A stretch of DNA of 64,000 nt from assembly GCF_030684315.1 (NCBI RefSeq), contig NC_081391.1, forward strand, positions 14,299,342 to 14,363,341. The letters run 5' to 3'. Position numbers and translations under genes: made by a program. This DNA comes from Stegostoma tigrinum (lineage: Eukaryota). Under the pieces are notes generated by a model. The model ran no database searches. It was not told the DNA's origin and saw nothing but the letters and a program-made list of their open reading frames with translations. Below are positions 11,093 to 23,985 of the stretch, one piece after another; the first letter of the stretch is position 1, and every line of letters starts with the position of its first letter.

Positions 11093-14000
11093 ATGGCCTC
11101 CCAGATCAGTCAAAACTATCACCAGGATTGTGAAGCTGCTGTCAACAAGCAGATTAATGTGGAGCTCACTGCCTCCTATCTCTATCAGTCTTTGGTGAGT
11201 GTTGTGTTTGTGAGGTTAAAATTCAATCTATTGTTCTGAAGTAAGCTATTTCCCTTGTAGATTGTGTTTCATATCTCTTACCTATTGAACACATCAGGAG
11301 AAATGTGATGTTATCATATCAGTGGGCTATGATCCTGATGTACAGTAATGGTGGACCCTGTAGGTCTTCAATGATCTCTGGAGGGTGAAGTGTTTTTTTG
11401 ACTTAATTCAAAATTCCCTGATAAAACTATGCCTGGCAGTAATTGTCACTCCCTCACTAAGATTATCAAAAAGTTATCTAATTTCTGAAGGAACTGGAAT
11501 AACATTGGCTAGTTACTGGCTTCTGTTTTTAACTTCTTGCTTTCTGTTTATTTAGTGATGCATGTCATTGAACAACATGCTGACTTAGTATAGTAGTAAG
11601 GCATTGTGGTAGCTCTTTCCAATTAACCAAATCTGATCTGACACAGCCTTCAGGGTTTGGGTGTGACTATTAGCAGCTCAAATAGGCCTTGTTGGGGGGC
11701 CTACTGGGCTTTGTGATCATTATTGAGATTGGTGTGGCCCTTCCCATAACACTTGACACGAAGTTGATCTGCTGTGGTGTGTGAAGTGAGATGCTGGTGC
11801 TTCTGGAATGTGCTGAGGGTATTGCCCCAGTGACAGTGATGAAATGGATTGTTCCCAGACCAACTATCCTGGTCCTGAAACACACTGGCCCCTTAGACCA
11901 GGTGGCAGAGTGCCTGTGCCTGTCTAAGGGGTAGAATGTGTTTGGAAGTTGTGTTGAAGTAACCTTGGTGAGTGCTGCAGGGGACCTGGTAGATAATGGA
12001 CCCTGAAAGGAGGTGGTGAATGCAGTCCCCCTGAAGTGGGCTGCTCTGTCCTGGATGGTGTCTGCTTCTTGCATGTTGTAGCTCCCCTTCTACAGACACA
12101 GGGGGAATATTCATCTCTCTCTGGGCTTGTGCCTATGGGAAGGAAGTTGCCCTGATGTAAGGATGGAGTCAGTATAACCTCCATTTGGGAGGTGGGAACA
12201 GCTTTTACTGGTGAACCCGTTGGGGTTTAATCACTGGCCAGTGTCCCAGCACAACAGGGCATTATGTACCAATCAATAAGTCCCCACTATTCTGTCTTCT
12301 GCAACTTTGAGCTACCCAATTAAACCATACTTTTTTGCCTCACTTTGTATTTGAGGGTTGAAGTAGCTTTTCCCACCAGGTTTCCAGCAGTGTGTTTACT
12401 GGTGACATTATCCATAGAACAAGAGTTGATCTAGAGATCAATTGTCTGTCTCCAACATTTCACTTTTCTTCAGTTAGTTCTGACAATTTGTTTTATCGGT
12501 GTGATTCTTATTTGCAAGCTTCTGGATGTGAGTGCACTCAATAAACAGGTGTGTAATAGTCTTCTGCGGCCACAATCCAAAGGCTGTAACTGGGCACGCT
12601 TTCCTCACCAGAATCTTGGTGCCACTTTCTCCTCCATGCTGCAGACAGCATGTCCGTAGCGCTAAAATATATGGTACATCTAATGCCATTAGTCTTGTGG
12701 TTGCACAACTTGCTTCCTCCTGATTGTCCTGTTCGAGTAGTGCTCAACATCTCTAAGAGATACCAAGGTCGGGAGATGTTTGAGCGCAGCAGGCCAAACA
12801 GGAAATCTGACACTATGGGCTAACATTTGTTTGCCACCTTCTCCCCAAAGGAGAAATGCAGTGCCTTGCAGCTGCCCCACCCTGAGTCCATTCTGCATAT
12901 CAGCTCCTGGCACTCGGTTAAAATGTTAGTCCATCCCTAGTTTCATTCAATCCTGATGAGTGTTCAACAAAGGAAACATGAATTCAAGTTTACTCTCTTA
13001 ATGCTGTGCCAGACCCCCTGAGCATTGTACTGTGTATCTTAAACCAAAACACATGGTATGCACATCCTCCCTGGAGGAAGCTGGGTTTGTTCAGATTGAT
13101 CCAGTTCAAGGATCGTCTGGCTAATTGGACAACACTAGGTTCATGACCAGTCATGTACCAGAACATAACAGCTCGTGGCATTCTGGATCAAACTGACAAT
13201 TCTAAACCTTCTATCAATTTCTGAGATCTACAACTGGCTCCAGTGGAGCATTTAATGGGATTTGACATGTTCTCTCTTCCAGATGTCCTATTTTGACCAG
13301 GATGATGTTGCCCTCCCCCATTTCTCCCAGTTCTTCAAAGATCAGTCCCAGGAGAAGCGGGAACATGCAGAAAAGCTGCTGAAATTCCAGAATCGGCGTG
13401 GAGGCCGAGTCCTCCTCCAGGATGTCAAGGTTGGGGTTTGGTTTGGGTGAGGGTGGGTGGTGACAGGTGAAAAATGTCAGCTCTCATGGTGAGGTTGCAA
13501 GTCAGTGACGAGGACTTCACATCCTGATGGGAAGTGACAAATATGTTCTTCTGTTTGGGTTCCCTGTGTCCTGACTCTCTGAATTCAACAAATCACAGAA
13601 ACAAGCCCTTTGCCCAACATGTCTATGCTGACCCACCAAATGACATTTTGCTGCACTTGGTCTACAGGCTACTCTGCCCTGGCATGAAGTACTTGGCTAG
13701 ATGTTGCTGGAGTGGCTGTCTCATCCATATTTCTACCATCCTCTGGTCGGGTTTGGGGCAGGGGTGAGGGAGGACACTTCCTCAAACCTGTGCCCTCTGG
13801 TCTTGGTGCCTGCCATGGCAAAGACCTCTGTCCTTCCATCTTCCAACTGCCTCAGCCTCTCAACCTCCAAGGAAAATCCCAGCTTCTGGAACCTGTCTTC
13901 AATGGATTTTCAGTCTTGAGGCAACATCCAGTATTCTTTACCTGCAGCCCTTCCAGTGCCATCCTGTCCCTCGGATTTGGGGTTCTGGTCACCACCCTGC

Positions 14001-15848
14001 ATTCTGTCCTTGGCCTGGCTCATGTTGCAAAGCTTGGTACAAGACTGAGCTCTGTACTGTGCCCCAACTGAAGGGGGCAAACATCATGTCAGCCACCTTC
14101 ACCAGCCTGTCTACCTTCACTGAGCCTTGAGCTATCTATGGTCTGGATGTTGTTATCTTAGTTCCTTTTATTCTAAAAGCTTTGCTGGCCCTTCAATGAA
14201 CTGAGTTGCAGTGATGTTTCTCATCCTGCTCGTGAGGAGGAGGACATGGCCTCGCGGTATTATTGATGAACTGCTAGTCAGACCCAGGCCATGTTATCGG
14301 GTCACATGTTTGAATCCTGCCACAGCAGGTGGAATTTTGACTCCACTTAAATAATCTGGAAATAAGAACTGAATGATGACCATGAATCCATTGATTGTCA
14401 GAAACTCATGGGGCTCAATATCCTTGTTTAGGGAAGTAAATTTTATCTCGTCTGAACTACATGTGACTCCACACCCACAGCAATGTGGTTGACTCTTTAT
14501 TGCCCTCTGCAGAATTAGGGATGGGCAATACATGTTGCCTGGTCAGCAAGCCCTCTCCAAATCCCACCAATAAAGGGGACATGGAATGCTGCCATGAGCA
14601 CAGGTGGGACTTCATCCTGGGCCTTGTGCTCCAGATGCAGGGATATTACCATGGTACCACAAAAGGCCTTGGGAATTAGGGTGTGACTGTCCTGCTTGGA
14701 ATTCCATCAGAGGGACACCAGTACAAACCACTTTGTGCCAATTTAATCCTTCTCCCCACAATGACCTGTTCCTGAGCTTCATGCTTCAGATCCAGGATAA
14801 ACAGCAAAGTGAAAGCAATTCAAATAACTGTTCCTCATCTGGGCTTCAGCGACAGAATAGTTGCTCAGTGGTTCGCACTGCTGCCTCAGTGCCAGGGACA
14901 CAGGTTGGATCTGGTCTCTGGTGGCTGTTTGGAACTTACACACACACCCTCCATGGGTTACCTCCACAGTCCAATGATCGCCAACTCGAACCTGGATATG
15001 GGAAATGCAGACCCACATGAAAAAGGTGAGTGGAATTGGGTGGGATACTACTGAGGTAGTAGTTGGTCTCAATGGGCTGAATGGCCTGCTGCAGGAATGC
15101 TGTTGCTGAAGCTTACCTGTCCTTCTTCTCTTCCAGAAGCCAGAGAGGGATGAGTGGGGTAACAGCCTGCAGGCAATGCAGGTTGCCCTGGATCTGGAGA
15201 AGAATGTGAACCAGAGTTTGCTGGATCTACACCAACTCGCCACAGCCCAGACTGACCCTCATGTAAGCTTCACCTCCTCCTCATTCTCATCACTGCTACA
15301 CCTGCAGGTCAACACCTCATTGGCTGTTCTTTGTGGTTTGGAAATTCACTGCTGTAACACTGTCTGTCTGACATTGGGCCTGAAGTGATCATGCTGAGGA
15401 TCTGTTCAGCAGTTGTTTCAAATGGGAATTTGGATTATTATCTGGAAGGAGCGTTGAACTGATACTGGCCACTGAATTCTCGTTTAGTATCATTCTGTCA
15501 AAATCCACTTCCACTCCATTTCACCAACAGCAAGATGGAGCAGCTGAAATCCTATTGTCCTCACTGGTACAAATTCTCCAGGTGCCGGGTTGAGTTTTCA
15601 AGGCTGTTGAGAGTGGGTATGGTGAAATAATTTGCAGTGGGAATTCTGAAGTTGTCTTTAATAGTGATTGCAATTTCTTTCTTCCACTGCAGCTGTGTGA
15701 CTTCCTAGAGAATCACTATTTGGATGAGGAGGTGGAGATCATCAAGCAACTCGGGGACTACATCACCAACCTGAAGCGCCTGGGAGCCCCTGAGAATGGG
15801 ATGGGAGAGTACCTGTTTGACAGGCTCTTCCTGGAGGACAGCAGTTAG
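11093..15848 (+). CDS. Ferritin heavy/middle-subunit-like gene, copy 2 (intact, 176 aa)
   Basis: Exons 11093-11194, 13283-13429, 15137-15262, 15693-15848; canonical splice sites, open frame; AATAAA 15975-15980. Confidence 0.95.
12470..12915 (-). mobile_element. Old degraded Tx1/L1-like LINE fragment in intron 1 (copies 1, 2, 4, 5)
   Basis: Minus-strand translation ...ACP...[10 protein letters not shown]... resembles the C-terminal zinc knuckle of L1/Tx1 ORF2; heavily frameshifted. Confidence 0.4.
14240..14575 (+). mobile_element. Second tRNA-derived shark SINE family in copy 2 intron 2
   Basis: B-box-like GTTTGAATCC, body ATGATGACCATGAATCCATTG...ACATGTGACTCCA, A-rich end; a truncated paralog lies at 39127-39327. 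Confidence 0.6.
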
Positions 15849-17872
15849 TGTGGCCTGGAGTACTGTCTGCTTGGTCTGAATGCATTCCCCACTTCACCCT
15901 GGGCAATCTGTCTCCTTCCAGGGAGAAGGGGCTTGTAGCAAAGAATGTAATGGCTGTACCAGCTGAATGGAATGAATAAAATCATGTGTTGATCTTGCTT
16001 ATTGTCCATCATTCAGAGCTCTGTATAATTTTGGTAGTTAGTCTGAGAGATTGAAGCATTTAATTTTTCTACTGTTTGACTGGTTGATCAAATTACTAAT
16101 TGGGCTAAACATTTCCTTGTTTCTACGCTCAATCCAATCCATAATCTGTCAGACAAGGATACCAAGAGCAAGTCGCTCTGACCTATCAATCAATGATGTT
16201 CCTCCAAACGGAACTTGAGGATATTGGGTTTGTCGGGTGCAACTTGCTCTTCACTGTTTTGTGTTTTTTTCAAAAAAAAATTACACTTCTGGATGCGATG
16301 CATACAATGGCAGGGAAAAAAGTCCCTTTTTGGGAAACGGCGTTCACCTGCTCTGCATAAGGGAAGAGGAGACACCCAGTCTCAGGATTATCTGACAGTC
16401 CTCTTTCCACATTCAGCTTGTCTGTCCAAGAGCTTTCGCTCACCCCTCTCCTACTAAATGGTACTAGCACCGTTAATATTCACCTGCAGATGTGGCTTCG
16501 GGTTATTGGGATGAGCTAAGGTTCAAACCAACCTTGGGACATGTACTATTGGTTGTGGGGTTTTTTCCCTGTTTTTCCTTCCCTGCTCACCCACCCAAGC
16601 CTCCTCTGATCTTGCTGTTAGCAATTGGGCATGTTGGCCAGCTCATGCCTCCTTCGTCTGAGATAAATATGCTGGTCCTACTGGTCGCTTTGATTCACTA
16701 CCCACTGCAATCAGGGAGTCAATCCCCTGTCGGGGCATGTTTCCCATAAACAACCCCAAGTTGTCCTGAAGTGGTTTAATCATTCCTCTTTTCTTTGCCT
16801 GTTTATAGGATTCTTTCCAACAAACAGCCACTTCAGAAGCAGCACGTTGTCTCATTGCCACCTACAGCAGGAGAGGAGTGGCCTGGGAGTAACACAGCAA
16901 TGCTCATGGTTACATGCTCCTGTTTGATTGGCTCTTGCTGCTACAGCCAGCATTGAGCGCACTCAGCTGCTCCCTACGTTCCTCTGAGCTTCCCCTGTGC
17001 TGCACGTTGCCCTGACCCAGTGATGGAGAACGAGCAGCGATTTCAGTTCAAGTTGGGAATGGTGTGACTGAGGGAGGAAACCTGGAGCTGCGTACCATCC
17101 TGTACGGCTGTTTACTTTATCGTTCAAGCTGTCACACATTCTGGGGATTACCTCTAACTTTTGCAGCTCCTGTGCAATGTAGCCTTTGTAGAGGGCATGG
17201 CTCTTATGTGTCTGAACATATCTGTCACATGACAGAAATCCTTTTAATTTGGAGCAATCTTAATTCTTGTCAATAAGTCCCTGTTGTCCAGGAAGCAGCC
17301 ATGTGGCCAGTGCAGTGTCGACACTCTACACCCCATCCTGTTCAGACCCACTCCATTCTCTTCACACTGTTTCCCATGGCTAATTCAGCTAGCCCCTTGT
17401 CATTCAGCAATTTAGTGTTGCCAATCCACTTAACCTGAAAATTGTTGGACCGTGGGAGAAAACTGGAGAACCTGGGAGACACGGGGAGAAAATGCAAACT
17501 CCAGACAGACAGTTTCCGAAGGCTGTAATGGAACGTAGGACCTTGTCACTGGGAGGTAACCGTGCTAACCACTGAGCCACTATCACACCCTAATGTACCA
17601 AACAAAGGAATATGCTGTTGCAGACCATGAGACTCAAAGAGGCATACAGCATGGAAACAGGCCCTTCAGCCCAGCCTGTCCACACCAACCACGTTTCCAC
17701 TACTGAACAAGTCCCACTTGCCCACATTTTGCCCATATTCCTCCAAACCAAATCTGTAAATGGAAACATCTAAATGTCTCTTCAATGTTATAATTGTAAA
17801 CACTTCTACCACTTCCTCTGGCAGCTCAGGCCATACACACACCATCGTCTCAGTGAAAATGTCCCTTTTAAA

Positions 17873-18331
17873 TCTCTCCCCTCTCCCCTCTCCCCTCTCA
17901 AACCGATGCCCTCTCCCCTCTCCTTTCAAACCGATGCCCTCTCCCCTCTCTCCCCTCTCCTCTCAAACCGATGCCCTCTCCCCTCTCTCCCCTCTCTCCC
18001 CTCTCCTCTCAAACCGATGCCCTCTCCCCTCTCCCCTCTCAAACCGATGCCCTCTCCCCTCTCTCCCCTCTCCTCTCAAACCGATGCCCTCTCCCCTCTC
18101 CTCTCAAACCGATGCCCTCTCCCCTCTCTCCTCTCAAACCGATGCCCTCTCCCCTCTCCTCTCAAACCGATGCCCTCTCCCCTCTCCCCTCAAACCGATG
18201 CCCTCTGCCCTCTGCCCTCTCCCCTCTCCCCTCTCCCCTCTCCCCTCTCCCCTCTCCCCTCTCCCCTCTCCCCTCTCCCCTCTCCTCTCAAACCGATGCC
18301 CTCTCCCCTCTCCTCTCAAACCGATGCCCTC
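17873..18331. repeat. Compound minisatellite: 12 x AAACCGATGCCCTCT interspersed with (CCCCTCT)n
   Basis: Counted directly; the motif is single-copy at the paralogous CR1 sites (e.g. 9568-9582). Confidence 0.95.
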
Positions 18332-19344
18332 TAGTTTTGGACTCCCCTACTCTGTCCCAGCAAGCTTTTTATATACAGTCAATCTTGAGTGTGCCAATGA
18401 CAAGGCTACATTTAGTGCTCAGCAACTGTTACACTTCAGGAGGTGGTGATGAGCTGCTTATTACAGTCCACCTGGTGTAGGAGAGACCGGAATGATGTTG
18501 CTGCTGCTGCTGAGGAGGGGCTTCTGGGATTTTCATTCGCAAACACTGATATTGTTCCAAGTCAGGCTGGTGACAGAGTTACATGGAGCTGCTTGACTGT
18601 TGCTGGGTCTACATGCAATCAGAAAATTGTACAGTGTTCCATCACACTTCCTAACTTCAGTCTTCTCGATAGTGGGCAGGCTTTGGAAAGTCAGGAGTTC
18701 AGCAATTCACAACAGAATTCCCAGCCTCGGGAAATTGAAATCAGCATTGAAACTTGTGGGTCAATCCAATAAGATAGTGCTAGATTGCAATCTGCTTTTG
18801 AAGCTGGGAGGCCAGTTGCTCAGCTCCACAATCTAGACAATGCAATGTAAACAGAACCAGAAACTCTCACTTGGAAACACGCTTCAATTGAGGGCTGGTT
18901 CTGTTTTGAAAAATTAAAAACTGCACATGGAGATAGAAGCGTTCAACGTGCGATACATTTCCTGCAGCAATTCAGTAGTAAGGCCTGAGGCCTACCGTGT
19001 ACCTGAAGCACTCAGCACATTTAGCATTTTGGTTTTCAAACCGTGCTTCCTCAGACCCAAGTCCAAACAGATCACAGTAGATACAGAATGAATCCACAAA
19101 GTAGATTGTTTTTCTGTATTAGATGGTCCAAAAGCATATGAATTCTGTTGATGCACAGCAATGGGAAAATTTTACTGTTAAGAAAATCTAGTCATTTTTC
19201 AATCGGCTACAAATCTGTGATTCAAAAGGTACAAAGACTAATCCCTCAGAGTCACAAACCGACAGAATTCAGCAAATCTGTGATGAGCGTGTCTTAACAC
19301 ATAACCTCAGATACAAAGGTAAAGGTTCAGAGTCTATTTTGTTC

Positions 19345-19578
19345 TCATTTTCAGGGAGATGTACTTCCACAATTGGTATTTATGCTGGAGGCCAAAGGTC
19401 ATTCAGCAATTCCATCATCGACCAGTTGTCAATTCTGATCGGTTTCTGGATCCAATTCCCATCCTGCACTGATTGGACGTGGCAGCTGATCAATTGATTA
19501 ACAAGAGTGATTGGCCATCACTGATGATGCCATTTCCTGCTTCAGAAAATGAGAGTCTGCTCCTGGAGTATAAGTAAT
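19345..19578 (+). promoter_or_regulatory. Proximal promoter of copy 3
   Basis: DR1-like AGGCCAAAGGTCA 19389-19401, CCAAT boxes, TATAAGTA 19569. Confidence 0.72.
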
Positions 19579-19673
19579 GCCCCAAGGAGGTTATGTTTTT
19601 TTGTATAGTTGATCTTGGTTCTAAATTGGTCACTTTTGTAGTGAAGAGAGTCAAACAAACTCCTCATCACAAG

Positions 19674-22600
19674 ATGGCCTCCCAGATTAGTCAGAACTAT
19701 CACCAGGATTGTGAAGCTGCTGTCAACAAGCAGATTAATGTGGAGCTCACTGCCTCCTATCTCTATCAGTCTTTGGTGAGTGTTGCCTCTCAGGGGTTTA
19801 ACATTTAAACTATCATGTCAAAGTGACTGGTTTCCCTTGTTTCTAACTAACGTGATATTCTTGTTCACTGACTGTAATTGTTCTTAACTGAACTGCAATT
19901 CAGGATGAATGTGATGTTTCCATAGCAATGGGCTATGGGACTGATGCCCCACTTGGCCTGCAGTGACACATTGAGGTGAAGTGTTCTTGGTGTTCTCAGA
20001 CTCCCTTAGACTGTTGTGACTGGCAGTAACTGTTACTCCCTCATTAGGGTTGTTGAAAGTGAAGGTTTGTTAGGCCTGTTCCTGGGGTTGCATGATCTAG
20101 TGTATTGGTGCTACTGGAATGTCTGGAGATTTTTCACTCTATAACAGTGAAGAAATGGAGATTCTGCTCTCATGCTGGCCCTATTTGAAACAGGCCTCTT
20201 TTGTCAGTTGGTGCTGTGCCTGTGACCACCTGAAAAATAGTAGCATTTGTAGGTGAGAGAGATAATATTAAGTGCAGATGCAGGACAATCTGTTTATAAC
20301 AAGGTGTTGAGCGAGAATAACAGCAGGCCAAGTGGCACCTTAGGAGCAGGAAAGCTCCTGTTTCAGGACTCAAGGGTCTAGGCCCGAAGCATTAGCTTTC
20401 CTGCACTGAAGATGCCACTTGGCTGGCTGTGTTGTTCCAGCTCTAAACCTTGTTATCTTGGATTTATGTATGCAAGGTGTTATTCTTTTTTTCAGTGAGG
20501 GGAAAACATCATGCCTTGCGATTGCCTCACGTTTGTTTTTTATTCTCCAGTAGGATTGACTGTAGAACAGTACAGGCCCTTCAGCCCTCGCCGTTGTGCT
20601 GACCTGTCATACCGATCTGAAGCCCATCTAACCTACACTATTCCATATGTGTCTAATGATGACTTAAATGTGCCTCAAGTTGGCGAATCTACAACCGTTG
20701 CAGGCAAAGCATTCCATTCCCTTCCTACTCTGAGTAAAGAAACTACCTTTTGACATCTGTCCTATATCTTCCAACCCTCAGTTTAAAGGTAGGCCCCCTC
20801 GTGCTTGCCGTCTTCATCCTAGGAAGAAGCCTTTCCCTATCTAACCCTCTGAATATTTTGTCTCAATTAAGTCTCCTCTCAACGTTTGTCTCTCTGTTGA
20901 AAACAGCCTCAAGCCCCTCTGCCTTTCCTTGTAAGATGTTCCCTCCATACCAGGCAACATCCCAGTCAATCTCCTCTGCACCCTTTCCAAAGCTTCCACA
21001 TCCTCCTTATAATGCAGTGACCAGAACTGTACGCAATACTCAGTGTGGCCACAGAGTTTTGTACAGCTGCAGCATAACCTCTTGGTTCCAGAAAACAATC
21101 CCTCTGTTAATAAAAGCCAAAACACAATGCCTTAACAGCCCTGTCAACCTGGGTGGCAACTTTCAAGGACCTGTGTACATGGACACCAAGATCTCTTTGC
21201 TCATCAACACCACCAAGAATCTTACCATTAGCCCAGTACTTTGCCTTCTGGTTACTCCAACAAAGTGCATCACCTCACACTTGGCTGCATTAAACTCCAT
21301 TTGCCACCTCTCAGCCCAGCTCTGCAGCTTATCTATGTCTCTCTGCAACCTACAGCATCCTTCGTCATTATCTGCAACTCCACCTTAGTGTCGTCTGCAA
21401 ATTTATTAACCCCTCCTTCTACGCCCTCATCCAGGTCATTTATAAAAATGACAAACAGCAGTAGACCCAGCACTGACCCTTGCGGTACACGACTAGTAAC
21501 TGGTCTCCAGGATGAACACTTCGCATCAACTACCACCCTCTGACTTCTTTCAGCAAGCCAATTTTCATTCCAAACTGCTATATCTCCCACAATTCCATTC
21601 CACTACAGTTTGTACAGTAGTCTATTGTGGGGAATGTTATCGAACGCCTTGCTGAAATTCATATACACCACATCAACCGGTTTCCTCTCATCTACTTGTT
21701 TGGTCACCTTCTCAAAGATTGAGGGTCTGAGTGGCCTAATCCTGTTTGTTCTGATAACAGTTTTTGTTTCTTTGGTTTTTTAACTTTCTTTAAAAATGAA
21801 CCAGTGTCTTCAGGATTGCCTCTAATTATTTTGAACTGAATAGAAGCTGTCACTTTATCACAAGCTCCAACTTCATGTTCACCATGGAACCAAGTTTAAA
21901 TCTATATCTGCATGACTGACCAACACTCACTTCTCTCCCGTCCCCATATACCGGAGGTTTAACACCTTTATTGAATAGTCAGCCTGATCGGGAAGGCTTG
22001 CTTCTTCTCACCACTGAGACTGAACTGTGGCCAGTGATGTGTTTAATGGGCTTTTGGCTGTTTTCTGTTCCAGATGTCCTACTTTGACCAGGATGATGTT
22101 GCCCTCTCCCATTTCTCCCGGTTCTTCAAACATCAGTCCCAGGAGAAGCAGGAACATGCAGAGAAGCTGCTGAAATTCCAGAATCAGCGTGGAGGCCGGG
22201 TCCTCCTCCAGGATGTGAAGGTTGGAGTTGGGAATATATGGCTGCTCTTGTCATGTGGCTTCAAGTCATCAGTGGCAGGCTGTTTGCCTCCTCTCAGGAG
22301 AGTGAAGAGTTCTTTCAGTTTGGTTTCTAAGTTTCATCTCCTTGAAGTCATGCAGTGTATGGGAAAAGCCACTTGCCCCCCCATAAACAGAACTACACTA
22401 ATCTGACTTGCTTGCACTTGGTCCACAGATGACTATACCCTGGCATGAAGTACATGTCCAGATACTGCTGGAGTTGCTATCTCCACTGCCATCTCTTCCC
22501 CTCCCCACCCAGACCACGGTTCAACTCTTATCTTGATCAGCCTCCTTTTTGGGAATGTGGTTTCCTATAATTGCCCCTCTATAACCTGCTTACTCCTCAA

Positions 22601-23985
22601 ACCTGTGCTCTCTGGTCTGTCTTCCTCATGGCCCACATTCTCCCCATCTCCTGTCCCAACTTCTCTCTGCTAACTGCCTCAGCCTGTTTGTCCTCCAGCC
22701 AATCCAACACCTCAATGGATTTTCCACCTGAGGGACCTTCCTGTCCTTCTGATAGTGGTCCTGTTCACAACACCATTGCTTCTTTGACCTGGCCAAAATT
22801 TGAGTGGAAGAAGAAATGGCTGGCCTTGGGGTGTGGCTTCCATTCATCAGTAACAGGATGATGACATCCTGAAGGCAGGTGCAGGAAGTGAAGTGCTTCT
22901 GTCTTTCACCCATCATTCGGTCTACATCTTGTGCAAGAACTATACTGTCTAAATTCTGCGTGATAATCTCAAACTCATTGCTTTGTTCCTGGCTTCGGTG
23001 AAATCAAACATACACTCAGGTTGAAAGTTTAAGGTCTGCTGCTAATAACGTGGCTGGACTCTTTTAGTTTTAAAGCAGTTCTGTTTGTACCAAGTACAAT
23101 CAGACAAGATCCATGTGTCTGTGCGCTCCTACCGTTAGACATGCCGACAATGATTGCTTTCCCTTTACATGAAGGGTTAAGGTTCAATTGTTGAACAAGG
23201 GTGCTGCATGTAATGGGGAATAGTGAGGTTTGTCCTGGAGCTTAGCTGTCCTTCTTTCCATCCTCAGAAGCCAGAGAGGGATGAGTGGGGTAACAGCCTG
23301 CAGGCAATGCAGGTTGCCCTGGATCTGGAGAAGAATGTGAACCAGAGTTTGCTGGATCTACACCAACTCGCCACTGCCCAGACTGACCCTCATGTAAGCT
23401 TCACCTCTTCATTGTCATCACTGCTACACCCTCAGGGCAACACTTCATTGATTGGTCTTTGTGGTTTGGAAATTCACTGCTGTAACACTTTGCCTGGCTG
23501 ACATTGGACCTGAAGTGATCATGCTGAGGATCTGTTCAGCGGTTATAAAAATCAAGTCAGATGAGAATTTGGATAATTATGTCGAAGGAGTGTTGAACTG
23601 ATACTGGCCACTGAATTCTCGTTTAGTATCATTGTCCATCACAATCCACCTCCACTCCATTTCACAAACAGCAAGATGGAGCAGCTGAAATCCTATTCTC
23701 CTCACTGGCAAATTCTGCAGGTGCTGGCTAGTTTTTTCAGGGCTGTTGAAAGTGGGTATGGTGAAATGTTTTGCAGTGGGAATTCTGAAGTTGTCTTTAA
23801 TAGTGATCGCAATTTCTCATCTGTTGCAGCTGTGTGACTTTTTGGAGACTCACTATTTGGATGAGGAGGTGGAGATCATCAAGCAACTTGGGGACTACAT
23901 CACCAACCTGAAGCGCCTGGGAGCCCCTGAGAATGGGATGGGAGAGTACCTGTTTGACAGGCTCTCCCTGGAGGACAGCAGTTAG
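19674..23985 (+). CDS. Ferritin heavy/middle-subunit-like gene, copy 3 (intact, 176 aa)
   Basis: Exons 19674-19775, 22074-22220, 23268-23393, 23830-23985; canonical splice sites, open frame; AATAAA 24112-24117. Confidence 0.95.
20296..20464. mobile_element. Penelope-derived fold-back repeat in copy 3 intron 1
   Basis: Inverted arms ATAACAAGGT...CAGCAGGCCAAGTGGCA / TGCCACTTGGCTGGCTG...ACCTTGTTAT with a central AAGGGTCTAGGCCCGAA remnant. Confidence 0.6.
20560..21716 (-). mobile_element. CR1-type LINE, 5'-truncated, in copy 3 intron 1
   Basis: RT motifs [29 protein letters not shown]; flanked by GATTGA at 20554-20559 and 21717-21722; empty site in copies 6 and 7. Confidence 0.92.

Noticed and set aside
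17873-18331. CRISPR-like look (constant repeat with variable spacers) and 169-229 aa ORFs
   Set aside because: The spacers are just CT slippage products in a eukaryotic context; the ORFs are low-complexity artefacts.
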